Shown one piece after another: positions 18,922 through 28,868 of a stretch of DNA of 64,000 nucleotides. The stretch is taken from positions 4,192,001 to 4,256,000 of the forward strand of contig OY730476.1 in NCBI GenBank assembly GCA_963422735.1. Direction: 5' to 3'. The stretch is from Candidatus Latescibacterota bacterium (GTDB taxonomy: Bacteria > Latescibacterota > UBA2968 > UBA8231). A model generated the notes under the pieces. It saw nothing but the letters and a program-made list of their open reading frames with translations. It ran no database searches and was not told where the DNA came from. Position numbers and translations under genes: made by a program. Numbering within the stretch: the first letter of the stretch is position 1; every line of letters begins with the position of its first letter.

Positions 18922-19081
18922 AGAAATGCTCCTTCAAGGTGAGATTGCTTCACTTAAGGCACAATAAAGAACCGTCATCGATAATTCTGTCAAGCTGCTG
19001 AAATGCTGAGGTCGATGGGGATGAGATCGAGAATTACTTTGCCGGGAAACGCTTTTTGGCGCAGATGAGAGGAGCAAAAAC

Positions 19082-19438
19082 ATGAGCGAGTGCCTGCCGA
19101 TGTGCCGGGACCGCTGGCAACCCGGCTGGCACAAGGAGATACACGGAGAGCTTAAGGACGGTGCCATCGCGCATGTTTACGACGCGGATGGCAATCTAGT
19201 CGAAATCGAACGCTACGAATTCACCGGCGAGTTCTGCGGCGCAGAGCCGCTGGTCAACACGCGCACCGAAACGGCGAACGGGCAACTGATCTGCCGCGAG
19301 ATCGCGCACCGAGTATCGGACACTACCCTCGACCTTCACGTCATCGACGCGGAAGGGACCTTACGTCTAACCATCCACCATAGCGACATCGACCGCGGGG
19401 AGCCGTTCACCATTCGGGAGGAGTGGATCGACCGCTGA
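19082..19438 (+). CDS. Hypothetical protein (118 aa)
   Basis: RBS gaggag, ATG, acidic beta-rich ORF; no recognised family. Confidence 0.55.
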   Translation: MSECLPMCRDRWQPGWHKEIHGELKDGAIAHVYDADGNLVEIERYEFTGEFCGAEPLVNTRTETANGQLICREIAHRVSDTTLDLHVIDAEGTLRLTIHHSDIDRGEPFTIREEWIDR

Positions 19439-19442
19439 GTGC

Positions 19443-19806
19443 TTAAAACACGTACTTCAGGATGCCGCCCGCTAGGTGGGAATCGTTGTCTTTCCCCTCG
19501 ACGTACGTTCTGTAAAACTGCCATCCCAAGTCCAGGTCCATATAGTTGAAAGGCATGTTTACGCCCGCCCGCAGAGTCAACTGTAAATCCGTTCCTTTGT
19601 CGTCTATCTTTTTGGGAAGCAGTTCCGCAAAACCCAGCCCCTCCAAAGTCTCGATAAATGCCTGCGTCGGCAGCCAACTGCGGATCGCAGCGGGCGATGT
19701 GCAGAATCCGCTCGACGTCCTCCGGGGCTAGGAGGTTTTCGAGGATGAGGTAGCCATCCTCTGCAAACTGGCGCATCTGTTCGGCACTCAGGGTGAGATC
19801 AGTCAT
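19443..19806 (-). pseudogene. Fusion of a PhyH 5' fragment and an outer-membrane protein 3' fragment
   Basis: MTDLTLSAEQMRQFAEDGYLILENLL (PhyH start) abutting ...LDLGWQFYRTY...GGILKYVF* (beta-barrel end). Confidence 0.55.
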
Positions 19807-19908
19807 GGTTTTTTCCTCTACCTCTCCACAAGAGAAGCGCATCTTTGGTCCACCAGCTAACGCATAGGCATAATAGGGCATCTTTTTGGGACCTCTGTCA
19901 AGATGCTA

Positions 19909-19945
19909 AGAAGCTGTCTGCTTCACCGCGCCTTTAGGCGTGACA
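19909..19945 (+). repeat. Truncated copy of the MITE-like family
   Basis: agaagctgtctgcttcaccgcgcctttaggcg, nearly identical to 48180-48210. Confidence 0.6.
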
Positions 19946-20146
19946 AATCCCGGGTGCGCCCCGATCGAGACCGACATGATCCGAGGGGTGCCAAAGGACA
20001 AAGTCGAGCAACTCATCGACACCATGGCCGTCAGGCGGATGGGCACCTTCGCCGATGTCGCGAACGTGATGGACTTCTTCTTGCGGCGGGAGAGCGAAAA
20101 GGTGACCGGGCAGGTGGTTTACCTCGGTGGGATTCCCAACTTCTGA
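19946..20146 (+). pseudogene. C-terminal fragment of an SDR oxidoreductase
   Basis: PIETDMI...RMGTFADVANVMDF...VTGQVVYLGG; no Rossmann N-terminus. Confidence 0.65.
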
Positions 20147-20256
20147 GGCGCTGGCGGCCGGCAAGCGGGAGATCTGGCGCACCGTGGACTGGCGACCATC
20201 GATGTACAATCCGTATGGGTCGGTTTTTGAGCAACGGGGCTGACGATGCAATCCAT

Positions 20257-20940
20257 TCAAACAGCGATTTTCGACAGCGAAATATGACCCTTGAAACAGT
20301 AGTCTACATCGCTGCCGGGTTGTCGCCAGCGCTCCTGATAGATTCCGGTGTATAGAAAGCCGTCCCCGGTTCGCGAGAATGTGGTTTTGTGGGAGCTTGT
20401 ATCCACTGGGACATGTTTCGTTTCTAAGCGTACCCGGTTGTGGTCAGGATGGGGCAGATTCACGTTCAGAAAACATCCGGCTTCCAGTGTCTCGTTCAGC
20501 ACGTTATCCAAAACCGGCTGAAGCCGTTCGGCGGCCAGCGGCCAGTCGATCGGCCGGCCTTTTACGGTATAGTGGGACAGTGCGATGGCCTTACAACCGT
20601 GAATAGCAGCCTCCCTAGCAGCGGCTACCGTGCCGGATTCGTACACATCCACCCCAAGATTCCCTCCATGATTGATACCGGAGAGCACCCAATCTCCGTC
20701 GGATGCTAGACTGCTGAGCGCCAGACGGGTACAGTCGGCCGGTGTGCCCCATATCCTGTAGCGTTCTTCCGTCAGTTTGTCCACGCTAATGGGCCTATCG
20801 GTTGTCAACTGATGTCCAACACCGGACTGAGGCTCCGCTGGCGCGACAACGACGACCTCGCCGCGCCGCGCCGCCAGACGAACTAGGGTCTGTAGGCCTT
20901 CTGCTTCGATGCCGTCGTCGTTGGTAACGATCAGTTTCAC
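20257..20940 (-). CDS. surE: 5'/3'-nucleotidase SurE
   Basis: VTNDDGI, QSGVGH, GTPADC, SGINHGGN, SGTVAAA. Confidence 0.93.
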   Translation of the reverse strand: MKLIVTNDDGIEAEGLQTLVRLAARRGEVVVVAPAEPQSGVGHQLTTDRPISVDKLTEERYRIWGTPADCTRLALSSLASDGDWVLSGINHGGNLGVDVYESGTVAAAREAAIHGCKAIALSHYTVKGRPIDWPLAAERLQPVLDNVLNETLEAGCFLNVNLPHPDHNRVRLETKHVPVDTSSHKTTFSRTGDGFLYTGIYQERWRQPGSDVDYCFKGHISLSKIAV

Positions 20941-21461
20941 GGCAGTCGCTCTCTCACCCGCTCTACACCCAATTCCTCCAGCCGCGCCGCCATCTTCTCG
21001 CGCCCCGCACCCCCCTTTTTCATCATCTCCTTGCTATAAACGAACGACTGCTTCTCTCTCAAACTCATTTCAACTGTCATTCGGGGGTCCCTGACCGCAA
21101 GCAGGTCGTCCGGCATATAGCCAATGAATATCGTCCGTCGCGGATGACCATCGGTGTGCCGAGGGGTATCCTCTCGGTTCGCCCACATATCGTTACCCGC
21201 AATGTACAGGCACTCCGTCCCAGATCGCGCATGGTTTCCATCAAACAGGGATGCTCAATTAACTCCGCGAAGGTATCGTCCGCCTGAACGAAGGGGCTAA
21301 GCATCCGGGTGCCGTTCTCGGCGAAATGGTGGTACGCTGGTGCGTCTGCAATGACGCGGTTGTATGCCTCCTGTAGGTGCTCTATCTCATTCTCGCTCAG
21401 GCAACTCTCAAGACGATGAACCCGAATGTCCAAAACTGCCCGATTTCCAAACGGATAACAT
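20937..21461 (-). pseudogene. Degraded PhyH family dioxygenase
   Basis: RBS aaggagg; PhyH-like pieces spread over several frames (LIEHP, RHTDG). Confidence 0.6.
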
Positions 21462-21515
21462 CGAATATGTCCTCCTTCTTGCAACAATCAGTCAATGTAG
21501 GCTTAGGGAACACTC

Positions 21516-22664
21516 TCAATTCTCTGGAAACGCGTACGTCTCCAACGCCGCCTCATCCACCTCCACACCCAAACCCGGCCGATCCGTAACCTTATAGTAG
21601 CCATTTTCGGGTTCGTACGGCTCCTTGAGCATCCGACTCTTGACCGCGTTGGCGTGATGAGCGTGCTCCATGATCATGAAGTTTGGACACGACGCCGACC
21701 ACTCGACGGTCGCAGCAATCGAGAGGATCCCACCACCTCCGATATGCGGCGCAACTGGAATGTTATAGGTGTCGGCTAGCGTCGCAATCCGATGCCCCTC
21801 GGTAATCCCCGTCCGCGCGATGTCGTGCATCAAGATGTCATACGCCCTCCGCTCGAACTGCTCGCGCATCTCGTAACGAGTGCGCGTCCACTCTCCTATC
21901 GCCACCGCCATATCCAACGCCCGGGTTATCTCAGCTTGACCCGGGATATCCTCCGGCACCGTCGGCGACTCCAGCCAAGTGAAACCGAGCTTCTCGAGTT
22001 CACGACCCAGCAGTATCGAGCTCGAAACCGTCTGCCGCATGTGCGTATCGACCATCAGCATGATGCCCGGCCCGACGCGCTGCCGCACTGCGCGGCAAAT
22101 TTCCGCGACGCTCTCCACATCCAACAATAAGTGCAACTTCAGCGCCTTGTACCCGTAGCCCACATGCTCCTCAGCCGCATCCGCAACCTTCATTGGGTCC
22201 GCGCCGCCGATCCCTGCGTAGAGCAATATCTCCTCTCGATACCGTCCACCCGCAATCTTGTGTACCGGCTTCCCGATGGCCTTTCCCACGATATCCCACA
22301 ACGCGATGTCAGTCCCTCCGATAGCGTCGATGTAGAAACCTGTCGGATGGCCGCGCTCCCGCATCGCAGCATAGTTGCGCGTCCAAATTGCCTCAATGTC
22401 GAACGGATCGCACCCCATCACCAACGGCCTCACCAATTCGCGCACTATCGTCGCAGTGGTGTTGGGCGACACCGGCGACTGCGCCTCGCCCCATCCAACG
22501 ATTCCGTTGTCCGTCTCAACCCTGACAACTGTGGTCTCGTGATGATGTGAATAGAGCGTTGTGAATGCCGAACGATCCACATAATAATCGCCGAACCCTT
22601 CTGACTTCTCGTCGGCACGTTCACTGATCCGCAGCGGGAACGCCCTAACATCGGTTATCTTCAT
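21516..22664 (-). CDS. Mandelate racemase/muconate lactonizing enzyme family enolase
   Basis: GWGE, DIALWDIVGK, LMVD, WLESP, IGE, GITEG. Confidence 0.9.
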   Translation of the reverse strand: MKITDVRAFPLRISERADEKSEGFGDYYVDRSAFTTLYSHHHETTVVRVETDNGIVGWGEAQSPVSPNTTATIVRELVRPLVMGCDPFDIEAIWTRNYAAMRERGHPTGFYIDAIGGTDIALWDIVGKAIGKPVHKIAGGRYREEILLYAGIGGADPMKVADAAEEHVGYGYKALKLHLLLDVESVAEICRAVRQRVGPGIMLMVDTHMRQTVSSSILLGRELEKLGFTWLESPTVPEDIPGQAEITRALDMAVAIGEWTRTRYEMREQFERRAYDILMHDIARTGITEGHRIATLADTYNIPVAPHIGGGGILSIAATVEWSASCPNFMIMEHAHHANAVKSRMLKEPYEPENGYYKVTDRPGLGVEVDEAALETYAFPEN

Positions 22665-23069
22665 CGATCTGCTCCGCCATGTTTCGTCGATAAACCTGAA
22701 TGCATGGTAGCCTCCTTTTGGCGTTGTTGGATTTTGCCAGTAGAATTTTCGCTCATCGGTGACGCAGCCTCCCAAGAGCAAATCTCTGGTCCACGAAGAG
22801 GAATAGCAAACGGGGAAGTTACAGGCAGTTATCTCATAAATGGTTAAGAGGTGATACTTTAGCGGTATTCCCTTGGGGAGGTATATACATGACGCGATGT
22901 GTGAGGAAGCAGCCACTTTTGTGTCGCTCTCTATGCAGAATTAAAAACGCCGCGTCAGGTTGTGGCGTTAGACTGACTTGGGGCAGCATCGCTTGCAATC
23001 TGCGTGGCCAATTATCGTTATTCTTTAAACAGCGCATTGATCCCTTTCTACAGCAAAAAGGCCAGCCTC

Positions 23070-24401
23070 ATGCCCGCACCCATCCTCCTGACCGACGCCC
23101 AAGTCCAAGCCTATCTGACCAATGGCTATATCACCGTGCAGACCGCTCACCCGCCCGCAGTCCACCAAAATATTCACCGCCAAATCGAAACCCTCTTCGC
23201 CACTGAGGGCAATCCCGGCAACGATATCTTCCCCAAAATCCCAGACCTATACCAAATTCTCCGCGACCCCGCTGTTGACGGTGCCCTCCAGAGCCTCCTC
23301 GGCCCCTCCTACCTCATCCACCCGCACCGCCACTGCCACCACAACCCCAGTGGGTCCAAAGGCCAAGGTATGCACCAGGACAGCTATGAAAACGACCAGA
23401 ATGTCCGCCACCACCGCACGCGCTGGACGATGGCCTTCTACTATCCGCAAGACGTCAGCTTAGACATGGGGCCGACCGCGATTTTGCCAGCCACCCAGTA
23501 CTACAATTCGTCTAAACAAGCCTACGAGCGGGAAGAACAGCCCCTCTGCGGCCGGGCCGGAACGGTGACCATCGTTCACTACGACCTCTGGCACCGCGCC
23601 ATGCCCAACGCCAGCGACCGCGACCGCTTAATGGTCAAGTTCCTCTTCACCCGCATGGGCGAGCCGCGGGTGCCCTCGTGGGACCATCGCGACGGCACTT
23701 GGCAAACCGAAGGTACCGATTCACCCGCCGACCTGTGTCGCCGTGCCTACGACTGGATGCGCGGCACCGATGGCACCACAGCCTCTACGGCGGTTGCGCT
23801 CGACGAGTTGCGTCGGGCCTTAGACGCCGGTTCCGAAGCCGAGCGGCTGCACGCGGGATATGCCTTGGCCGCCCGCGGCGAGGAAGCAATGCCCGTCCTC
23901 CTAGACGCGCTGTACAGCGAAGCCGCTGCGCGTCTCGAAGCCAACCTAGCGACCGAACACACCAATCCCAGCCAGCTCGACGCGGTCTTCGCCCTTTCCG
24001 CCGTTGGCCGCCCCGCTGTGCCTTATATGGTGGAATTGCTCGACGAAAACGACTGGTGGCTCCGCGCCGCTGCCGCCGATGTGCTCGGCGACTTGGGCAC
24101 CACAGCATCCAAAACCGTGCCCCAACTCACCTGTGCCCTCGACGACGAGGCCGAGTGGGTCCGGCGCAACGCGGTCGAGGCACTGGGCAATATCGGTCCG
24201 GCCGCCGCCGAAGCGGTACCCGCACTGAGCCGTCGCCTGCAAGATTCCGAGAGCTGGATCCGCCACAACGCCGCACTCTCGCTGGCCAAGATCGGTCCAG
24301 CCGCCGTCGAGGCTGTGCCCGCCCTGTGCAAAAACATTGACGACGAGGACCGTTACGCCCGTGCCAACGCCGCCGTGGCTTTGGAGCGCATCGGCGCGTA
24401 G
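23070..24401 (+). CDS. PhyH family dioxygenase fused to HEAT repeats
   Basis: MHQDS and HYDLWH; C-terminal VRRNAVEALGNIGP-type repeats. Confidence 0.85.
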   Translation: MPAPILLTDAQVQAYLTNGYITVQTAHPPAVHQNIHRQIETLFATEGNPGNDIFPKIPDLYQILRDPAVDGALQSLLGPSYLIHPHRHCHHNPSGSKGQGMHQDSYENDQNVRHHRTRWTMAFYYPQDVSLDMGPTAILPATQYYNSSKQAYEREEQPLCGRAGTVTIVHYDLWHRAMPNASDRDRLMVKFLFTRMGEPRVPSWDHRDGTWQTEGTDSPADLCRRAYDWMRGTDGTTASTAVALDELRRALDAGSEAERLHAGYALAARGEEAMPVLLDALYSEAAARLEANLATEHTNPSQLDAVFALSAVGRPAVPYMVELLDENDWWLRAAAADVLGDLGTTASKTVPQLTCALDDEAEWVRRNAVEALGNIGPAAAEAVPALSRRLQDSESWIRHNAALSLAKIGPAAVEAVPALCKNIDDEDRYARANAAVALERIGA

Positions 24402-24530
24402 TGCCTTGCCGATGCTCCGGTAGCATTTACTTTCCACAAAATCACAACGGACGAGGCCGCTCCGAGATTTTCTCGTTGACATGATTGCGCTCTTTCCGCG
24501 CCTTTTAACTTTTTAGCCCTTCTCAGGAAA

Positions 24531-26063
24531 GTGTCCATGACGACTGCATCGGCCCGGCCAGCGTTTGACGACGCCCTCCGGCACTACGCCGCAACGCTCG
24601 GCTTCCCATCCCTTTCGAGCTATGTCATCTGGTGCCGCAAAAACGACCTAGCGGTCCAGCGCGGCAAAACCGAGAACCAGCTCGCAATCGAGCGTCAACT
24701 CGCCGCCGACACCTTGCGGCCGGCCGCGCCGCACCCCGGCCGCAGCCACACCCCGGGACGCGCCCGCCTCATTGACCGGGCCTTCCGCGGCGAGATCCCT
24801 CCAGATGAGAGGTATCCGTTCAGCCAGAAGCTGGTCGCGCTCTTCGCCGCGGCCGAAGAGCCCAAGCACCGTCAAGCTCTCTACCGCCTGCTCAAGCACA
24901 TAGAGCGACGCGCCGACCTTCTCGGCCTCAAAACGGGATTCCTCAATCGGCCGCGCGAAGAGGGCAACAACTACGAGGACGCCCTTGGTCAACTCGCCCG
25001 CCACTACGGCGACTGGCTCCGGCCCGTCGAGGAATGGCGCACCGACCTCCTCAGCCCTCGGGCGCAGTTCCGCAGCCTCACTCGGCATCTGCTGGCCCGC
25101 TACGAGGTGCCGCCTTTTATGGACACCGCCTTTCTCCAAGGAGACCTTTCGACGGCGCACCGCGAGCAGGAGTGGTTCAAGCACATCGGCATCGGCCAGA
25201 ACATCCGCAAGGCCGACCTGCCGCTGCGGCTGACCAAGCGCATGGCACACCTTTTTCCCACCGCCAATCGACACTGGCCGATTTCGCGCACCCTGCGCTG
25301 GGCGCAATTCGCCGGCATGGGTGGACGCGGACGCACTAGTTGGGCTGTTTTATCCACGCGGCTGAAGAACTACCAGCGAGACGAGCCGTTCTGGGAAACG
25401 GCGATGCTCTTTTTTGCCAACCAACCCATGCTGGAACCCACCTACATCGGCCCAATTGTCGATTATATCCACTACCAGAAATTCGTGCCCCAGCAATTGC
25501 CCGGCCCCAACGGCCAGTTCATTGAGGGGCCGCCGGCTCAGCCTAACTTCTCGATGAAAGGCCGCAGCATCACCAAGCTGCTGCGTTTAGTTGATGAGTG
25601 GCACGGCGACCTCAATGCCGACGACTACGCCCTCGGCGAGGAAGAGGCGTGGGCGGCGTCTGGCTTTCGCGGATTCGAGTGGGAGGAAGAAGACGCATTC
25701 TCGGGCGAGCGCGTGCTTTGGTCAATACGCGAGTTATGCTCCGCGCTCGACCTGCTAGCCGAGGGGCGCGTCATGCACCACTGCGCCGCCTCGTATGCCC
25801 GGCGCTGCTCGGAGGGCGAGCGGTCCGTGTGGTCGATGCAGATGACCTACCCGGCCAAGCTGCCGCAGCGGATCCTGACCATTGCCCTCGACAACCACAA
25901 GAAGACTGTCGTCGATTATCGGGGGAAGTACAACATGCACCCCCACGACAACAAGCGCACCGCCAAAAAGCATTGGCAGGATCGGCCCTATCTCTATTAT
26001 CTGCGGCAATCGCCGCGCGTCTTGCGCTTGTGGATGGAACGCGAGGATCTGCGGCACGACTAG
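24531..26063 (+). CDS. PcfJ domain-containing protein
   Basis: FSMKGRS...WH; EL.S..DL.AEG..MHHCAASY...C. Confidence 0.8.
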   Translation: MSMTTASARPAFDDALRHYAATLGFPSLSSYVIWCRKNDLAVQRGKTENQLAIERQLAADTLRPAAPHPGRSHTPGRARLIDRAFRGEIPPDERYPFSQKLVALFAAAEEPKHRQALYRLLKHIERRADLLGLKTGFLNRPREEGNNYEDALGQLARHYGDWLRPVEEWRTDLLSPRAQFRSLTRHLLARYEVPPFMDTAFLQGDLSTAHREQEWFKHIGIGQNIRKADLPLRLTKRMAHLFPTANRHWPISRTLRWAQFAGMGGRGRTSWAVLSTRLKNYQRDEPFWETAMLFFANQPMLEPTYIGPIVDYIHYQKFVPQQLPGPNGQFIEGPPAQPNFSMKGRSITKLLRLVDEWHGDLNADDYALGEEEAWAASGFRGFEWEEEDAFSGERVLWSIRELCSALDLLAEGRVMHHCAASYARRCSEGERSVWSMQMTYPAKLPQRILTIALDNHKKTVVDYRGKYNMHPHDNKRTAKKHWQDRPYLYYLRQSPRVLRLWMEREDLRHD

Positions 26064-26110
26064 CGAGGTGGTAGGCGCAGGTGATCGCAGGAGTTGGGAG
26101 GAAGGGTAGG

Positions 26111-26800
26111 CTACAAGGATCCTTTAAACAGGATTGTGCCCATGGTGGATAACCAGCTAACTAGTACGATGCCGATGGTCCAGCGGAAATAGACACCAAG
26201 CTTGTCGTGGAAGTCGCGCACGGTCGCGTCGTACTTATTTTGCAGATTGCGCTCTGACGCGTCGATTTTTTCGTGAAGCGTTTGAGCCGAGGTGTCAATC
26301 TTCCCATCGAGCGTTTGAAACGCCGCCTCCTGCTTCCCATCGAGCATTTGAAACGCCGCCTCCTGCTTCCCATCGAGCGTTTGAAACGAGGTGTCAATCT
26401 TCCCATCAAGCGTTTGAGCCGACGCGTCGATTTTTTCGTGAAGCGTCTGAGCCGAGGTGTCGATCTTCTCATGGAGAGCCTGAGCCGCCGCCTCCTGCTT
26501 TCCGTCGAGCGTTTGAAACGCCGCCTCCTGCTTCCCATCGAGCATTTGAAACGCCGCCTCCTGCTTCCCATCGAGCGTTTGAAACGAGGTGTCAATCTTC
26601 CCATCAAGCGTTTGAGCCGACGCGTCGATTTTTTCGTGAAGCGTCTGAGCCGAGGTGTCGATCTTCTCATGGAGAGCCTGGGCCGACACATCTAGCTTCT
26701 CACCGACGGCTCGCACGTCGCTCTCAATCAGCTCCAAGCGGCGGTTGATCTGCTGCAACACGTCGCGGGTGGTTATCTCAGATGTTTCAGGGGTCATCAC
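26111..26800 (-). CDS. Membrane-anchored coiled-coil protein with 11-aa repeats (DUF1640/CCDC90-like architecture)
   Basis: 11-residue repeats of type AQTLHEKIDAS/FQTLDGKQEAA; C-terminal TM FRWTIGIVLVSWL. Confidence 0.75.
   Translation of the reverse strand: MMTPETSEITTRDVLQQINRRLELIESDVRAVGEKLDVSAQALHEKIDTSAQTLHEKIDASAQTLDGKIDTSFQTLDGKQEAAFQMLDGKQEAAFQTLDGKQEAAAQALHEKIDTSAQTLHEKIDASAQTLDGKIDTSFQTLDGKQEAAFQMLDGKQEAAFQTLDGKIDTSAQTLHEKIDASERNLQNKYDATVRDFHDKLGVYFRWTIGIVLVSWLSTMGTILFKGSL
26260..26685. repeat. 33-bp tandem repeats with a 198-bp higher-order duplication inside the CDS
   Basis: Block AQALHEKIDTS...FQTLDGK occurs twice at 66-aa spacing with near-identical DNA. Confidence 0.85.
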
Positions 26801-26995
26801 ACTATTGCTCCTCGCTTGGGGTTAAATAGTAAACGATAGGAACAGATAAGCAAAATGCGAACCACCTTTTTTATCTGGAGGGGTCGCTGCTGCGTAGCCG
26901 CTTTCTGTATCTAATGGCAGACAATGTGATCCCTCCCTTATACAGCCGACTCTCCCCTTGATAGCTGCCCGTCAGACCGTATCTTGTTCGTCGCC

Positions 26996-28039
26996 ATGAC
27001 AACAACCTTTCGCATCGGCGTCACCCGCGACTTTCTCAAGGCCGACGGGACCCTCGGCTTCGGCGATATTGGTCTCGACCTGCTCGACGAGTTCCCAAAG
27101 GTAGAGTGGGGGTTTTTAGCGGAAAACACCACCGAACTGCGCCCCGACCAGATCCGCAGCTATGACGGCTTGTTGGTTCTCGCCTCGATAGTTAGTGCCG
27201 AGACCTTGCAGGGAGCGGACAAGCTAGCACTCGTCGCCCGCTTCGGCGTCGGCTACGACAGCGTTGACGTCGCAGCTTGCAATGAGCAGGGCGTGCTTTT
27301 GACGATTACTCCCGACGGTGTGCGCCGGCCAGTGGCGGTCATGGCTCTGACGTACCTCTTGGCTCTCAGTCACAAGATGCTGGCCAAGGACCGCTTGGTG
27401 CGCGAGGGTCGCTGGCATGAGCGCCTCGATTATATGGGCATGGGCGTCACTGGCCGCACACTGGGGCTGGTCGGCCTAGGCAACATCGGTCGCGAGATCT
27501 GCACCTTAGCCAAGCCCTTCGGCATTCGCTGCATTGCCGCCGATCCTTTCGTCGATGCTGCCGAGGCTCGCGCCGCTGGTGCCGAACTGGTTGAACTCGA
27601 CCAGTTGCTGCAACGCGCAGACTACGTCTGCATCTGCTGCGCGCTCACTGAGGAGACCCATCACTTCATCGGCGAGCGCGAGCTCTCACTGATGAAGGAA
27701 AGTGCCTACCTCATCAACACGGCCCGCGGCCCCATCGTCGATCAGCAGGCCCTTACCCGCGTCCTCCAACGGGGGCAGATCGCCGGTGCCGGCCTCGATG
27801 TCTTTGAAACAGAGCCTGTACCTCAGGACGAGCCTGTGCTGGCACTCGCCGACCAAACCATCGTCGCCCCGCACGGACTTTGCTGGACCGACGAATGCTT
27901 CCGCCTCATCGGCCGCAGTGCCTGCCGCAGCCTCATCGAGGTGGCCTCCGGTCGCCTGCCCCAGCACCTCGTCAACCCCCAGGCTGCTGAGCACCCCCGT
28001 CTCAAAGAAAAACTGAACCGCTATCGAGCTATCGGATGA
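26996..28039 (+). CDS. D-isomer-specific 2-hydroxyacid dehydrogenase
   Basis: GVGYD, GLGNIG, INTARG, GLDVFE.EP, APH. Confidence 0.9.
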   Translation: MTTTFRIGVTRDFLKADGTLGFGDIGLDLLDEFPKVEWGFLAENTTELRPDQIRSYDGLLVLASIVSAETLQGADKLALVARFGVGYDSVDVAACNEQGVLLTITPDGVRRPVAVMALTYLLALSHKMLAKDRLVREGRWHERLDYMGMGVTGRTLGLVGLGNIGREICTLAKPFGIRCIAADPFVDAAEARAAGAELVELDQLLQRADYVCICCALTEETHHFIGERELSLMKESAYLINTARGPIVDQQALTRVLQRGQIAGAGLDVFETEPVPQDEPVLALADQTIVAPHGLCWTDECFRLIGRSACRSLIEVASGRLPQHLVNPQAAEHPRLKEKLNRYRAIG

Positions 28040-28818
28040 AACCCAACAAAGTCAAGCGCACCCTCAAAGAGGGCGGCACTGTCATCGGCACCATGACCTT
28101 CGAGTTTTGCACCCCGGGCATTGCTCGCCTCTCTGCCGAGGCTGGTGCCGAATTCATTATGTACGACATGGAGCACACCGGCTGGAGCGTCGAGACGGTG
28201 CGCGACCTGATCGCCACCACCAACTCCGACCACATCGAGCCTTTTGTACGGGTGCCAGCGACCCAATACCACTTCATCGCCCGCGTCCTCGACGTCGGGG
28301 CCCGAGGCGTCATGGTGCCGATGGTTAGCGAGGCACAGCAGGCCGAGACCATCGTGCAGTCGGGCAAGTACCCGCCCATTGGCCAGCGCGGCGCAGCCTT
28401 TCAAATCGCTCACGACCACTTCGCTCAAGGCTCCATCGTCGGCAAGATCGACCACGCCAACACCGAGGGCCTGCTGATCGCCCAGATCGAAAACCGTCCC
28501 GGGCTCGAAAACGTTGACCGCATTGCCGCCGTAGAAGGGATTGATGTACTGTGGATAGGGGGGTTCGACTTAAGCAACTTCTTGGGGATTCCCGGACAGT
28601 TTGACCACCCCGAATTCACCGCCGCCCTCGCACGCGTCGTCGCGGCCTGCGAGCACCATGGCAAGGCCGCCGGCTACTTGGTCAATACCATTGAGGAGGG
28701 AACTGAGATGCTGCGCCAAGGTTTTCGCTGCATAGCGTATGGCGGCGACTTGTGGCTCTATCGCCGCGCCTTGGCCCAAGGCATTGAAGAGCTGCGGACG
28801 AGTGTATGGCGGCGGTAA
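28036..28818 (+). CDS. HpcH/HpaI aldolase family protein
   Basis: DMEH, VRVP, LDVGA.GVMVP, KYPPIGQRG, QIE. Confidence 0.9.
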   Translation: MKPNKVKRTLKEGGTVIGTMTFEFCTPGIARLSAEAGAEFIMYDMEHTGWSVETVRDLIATTNSDHIEPFVRVPATQYHFIARVLDVGARGVMVPMVSEAQQAETIVQSGKYPPIGQRGAAFQIAHDHFAQGSIVGKIDHANTEGLLIAQIENRPGLENVDRIAAVEGIDVLWIGGFDLSNFLGIPGQFDHPEFTAALARVVAACEHHGKAAGYLVNTIEEGTEMLRQGFRCIAYGGDLWLYRRALAQGIEELRTSVWRR

Positions 28819-28868
28819 TCGAAAGGGCCTGCCGGGTAGGGCAGGCTATCCAGCAAAAGGTATATAAA

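Noticed and set aside
26260-26685. 33-bp repeats as a CRISPR array
   Set aside because: The repeats are contiguous, in frame within a CDS, have no unique spacers and no cas genes are nearby
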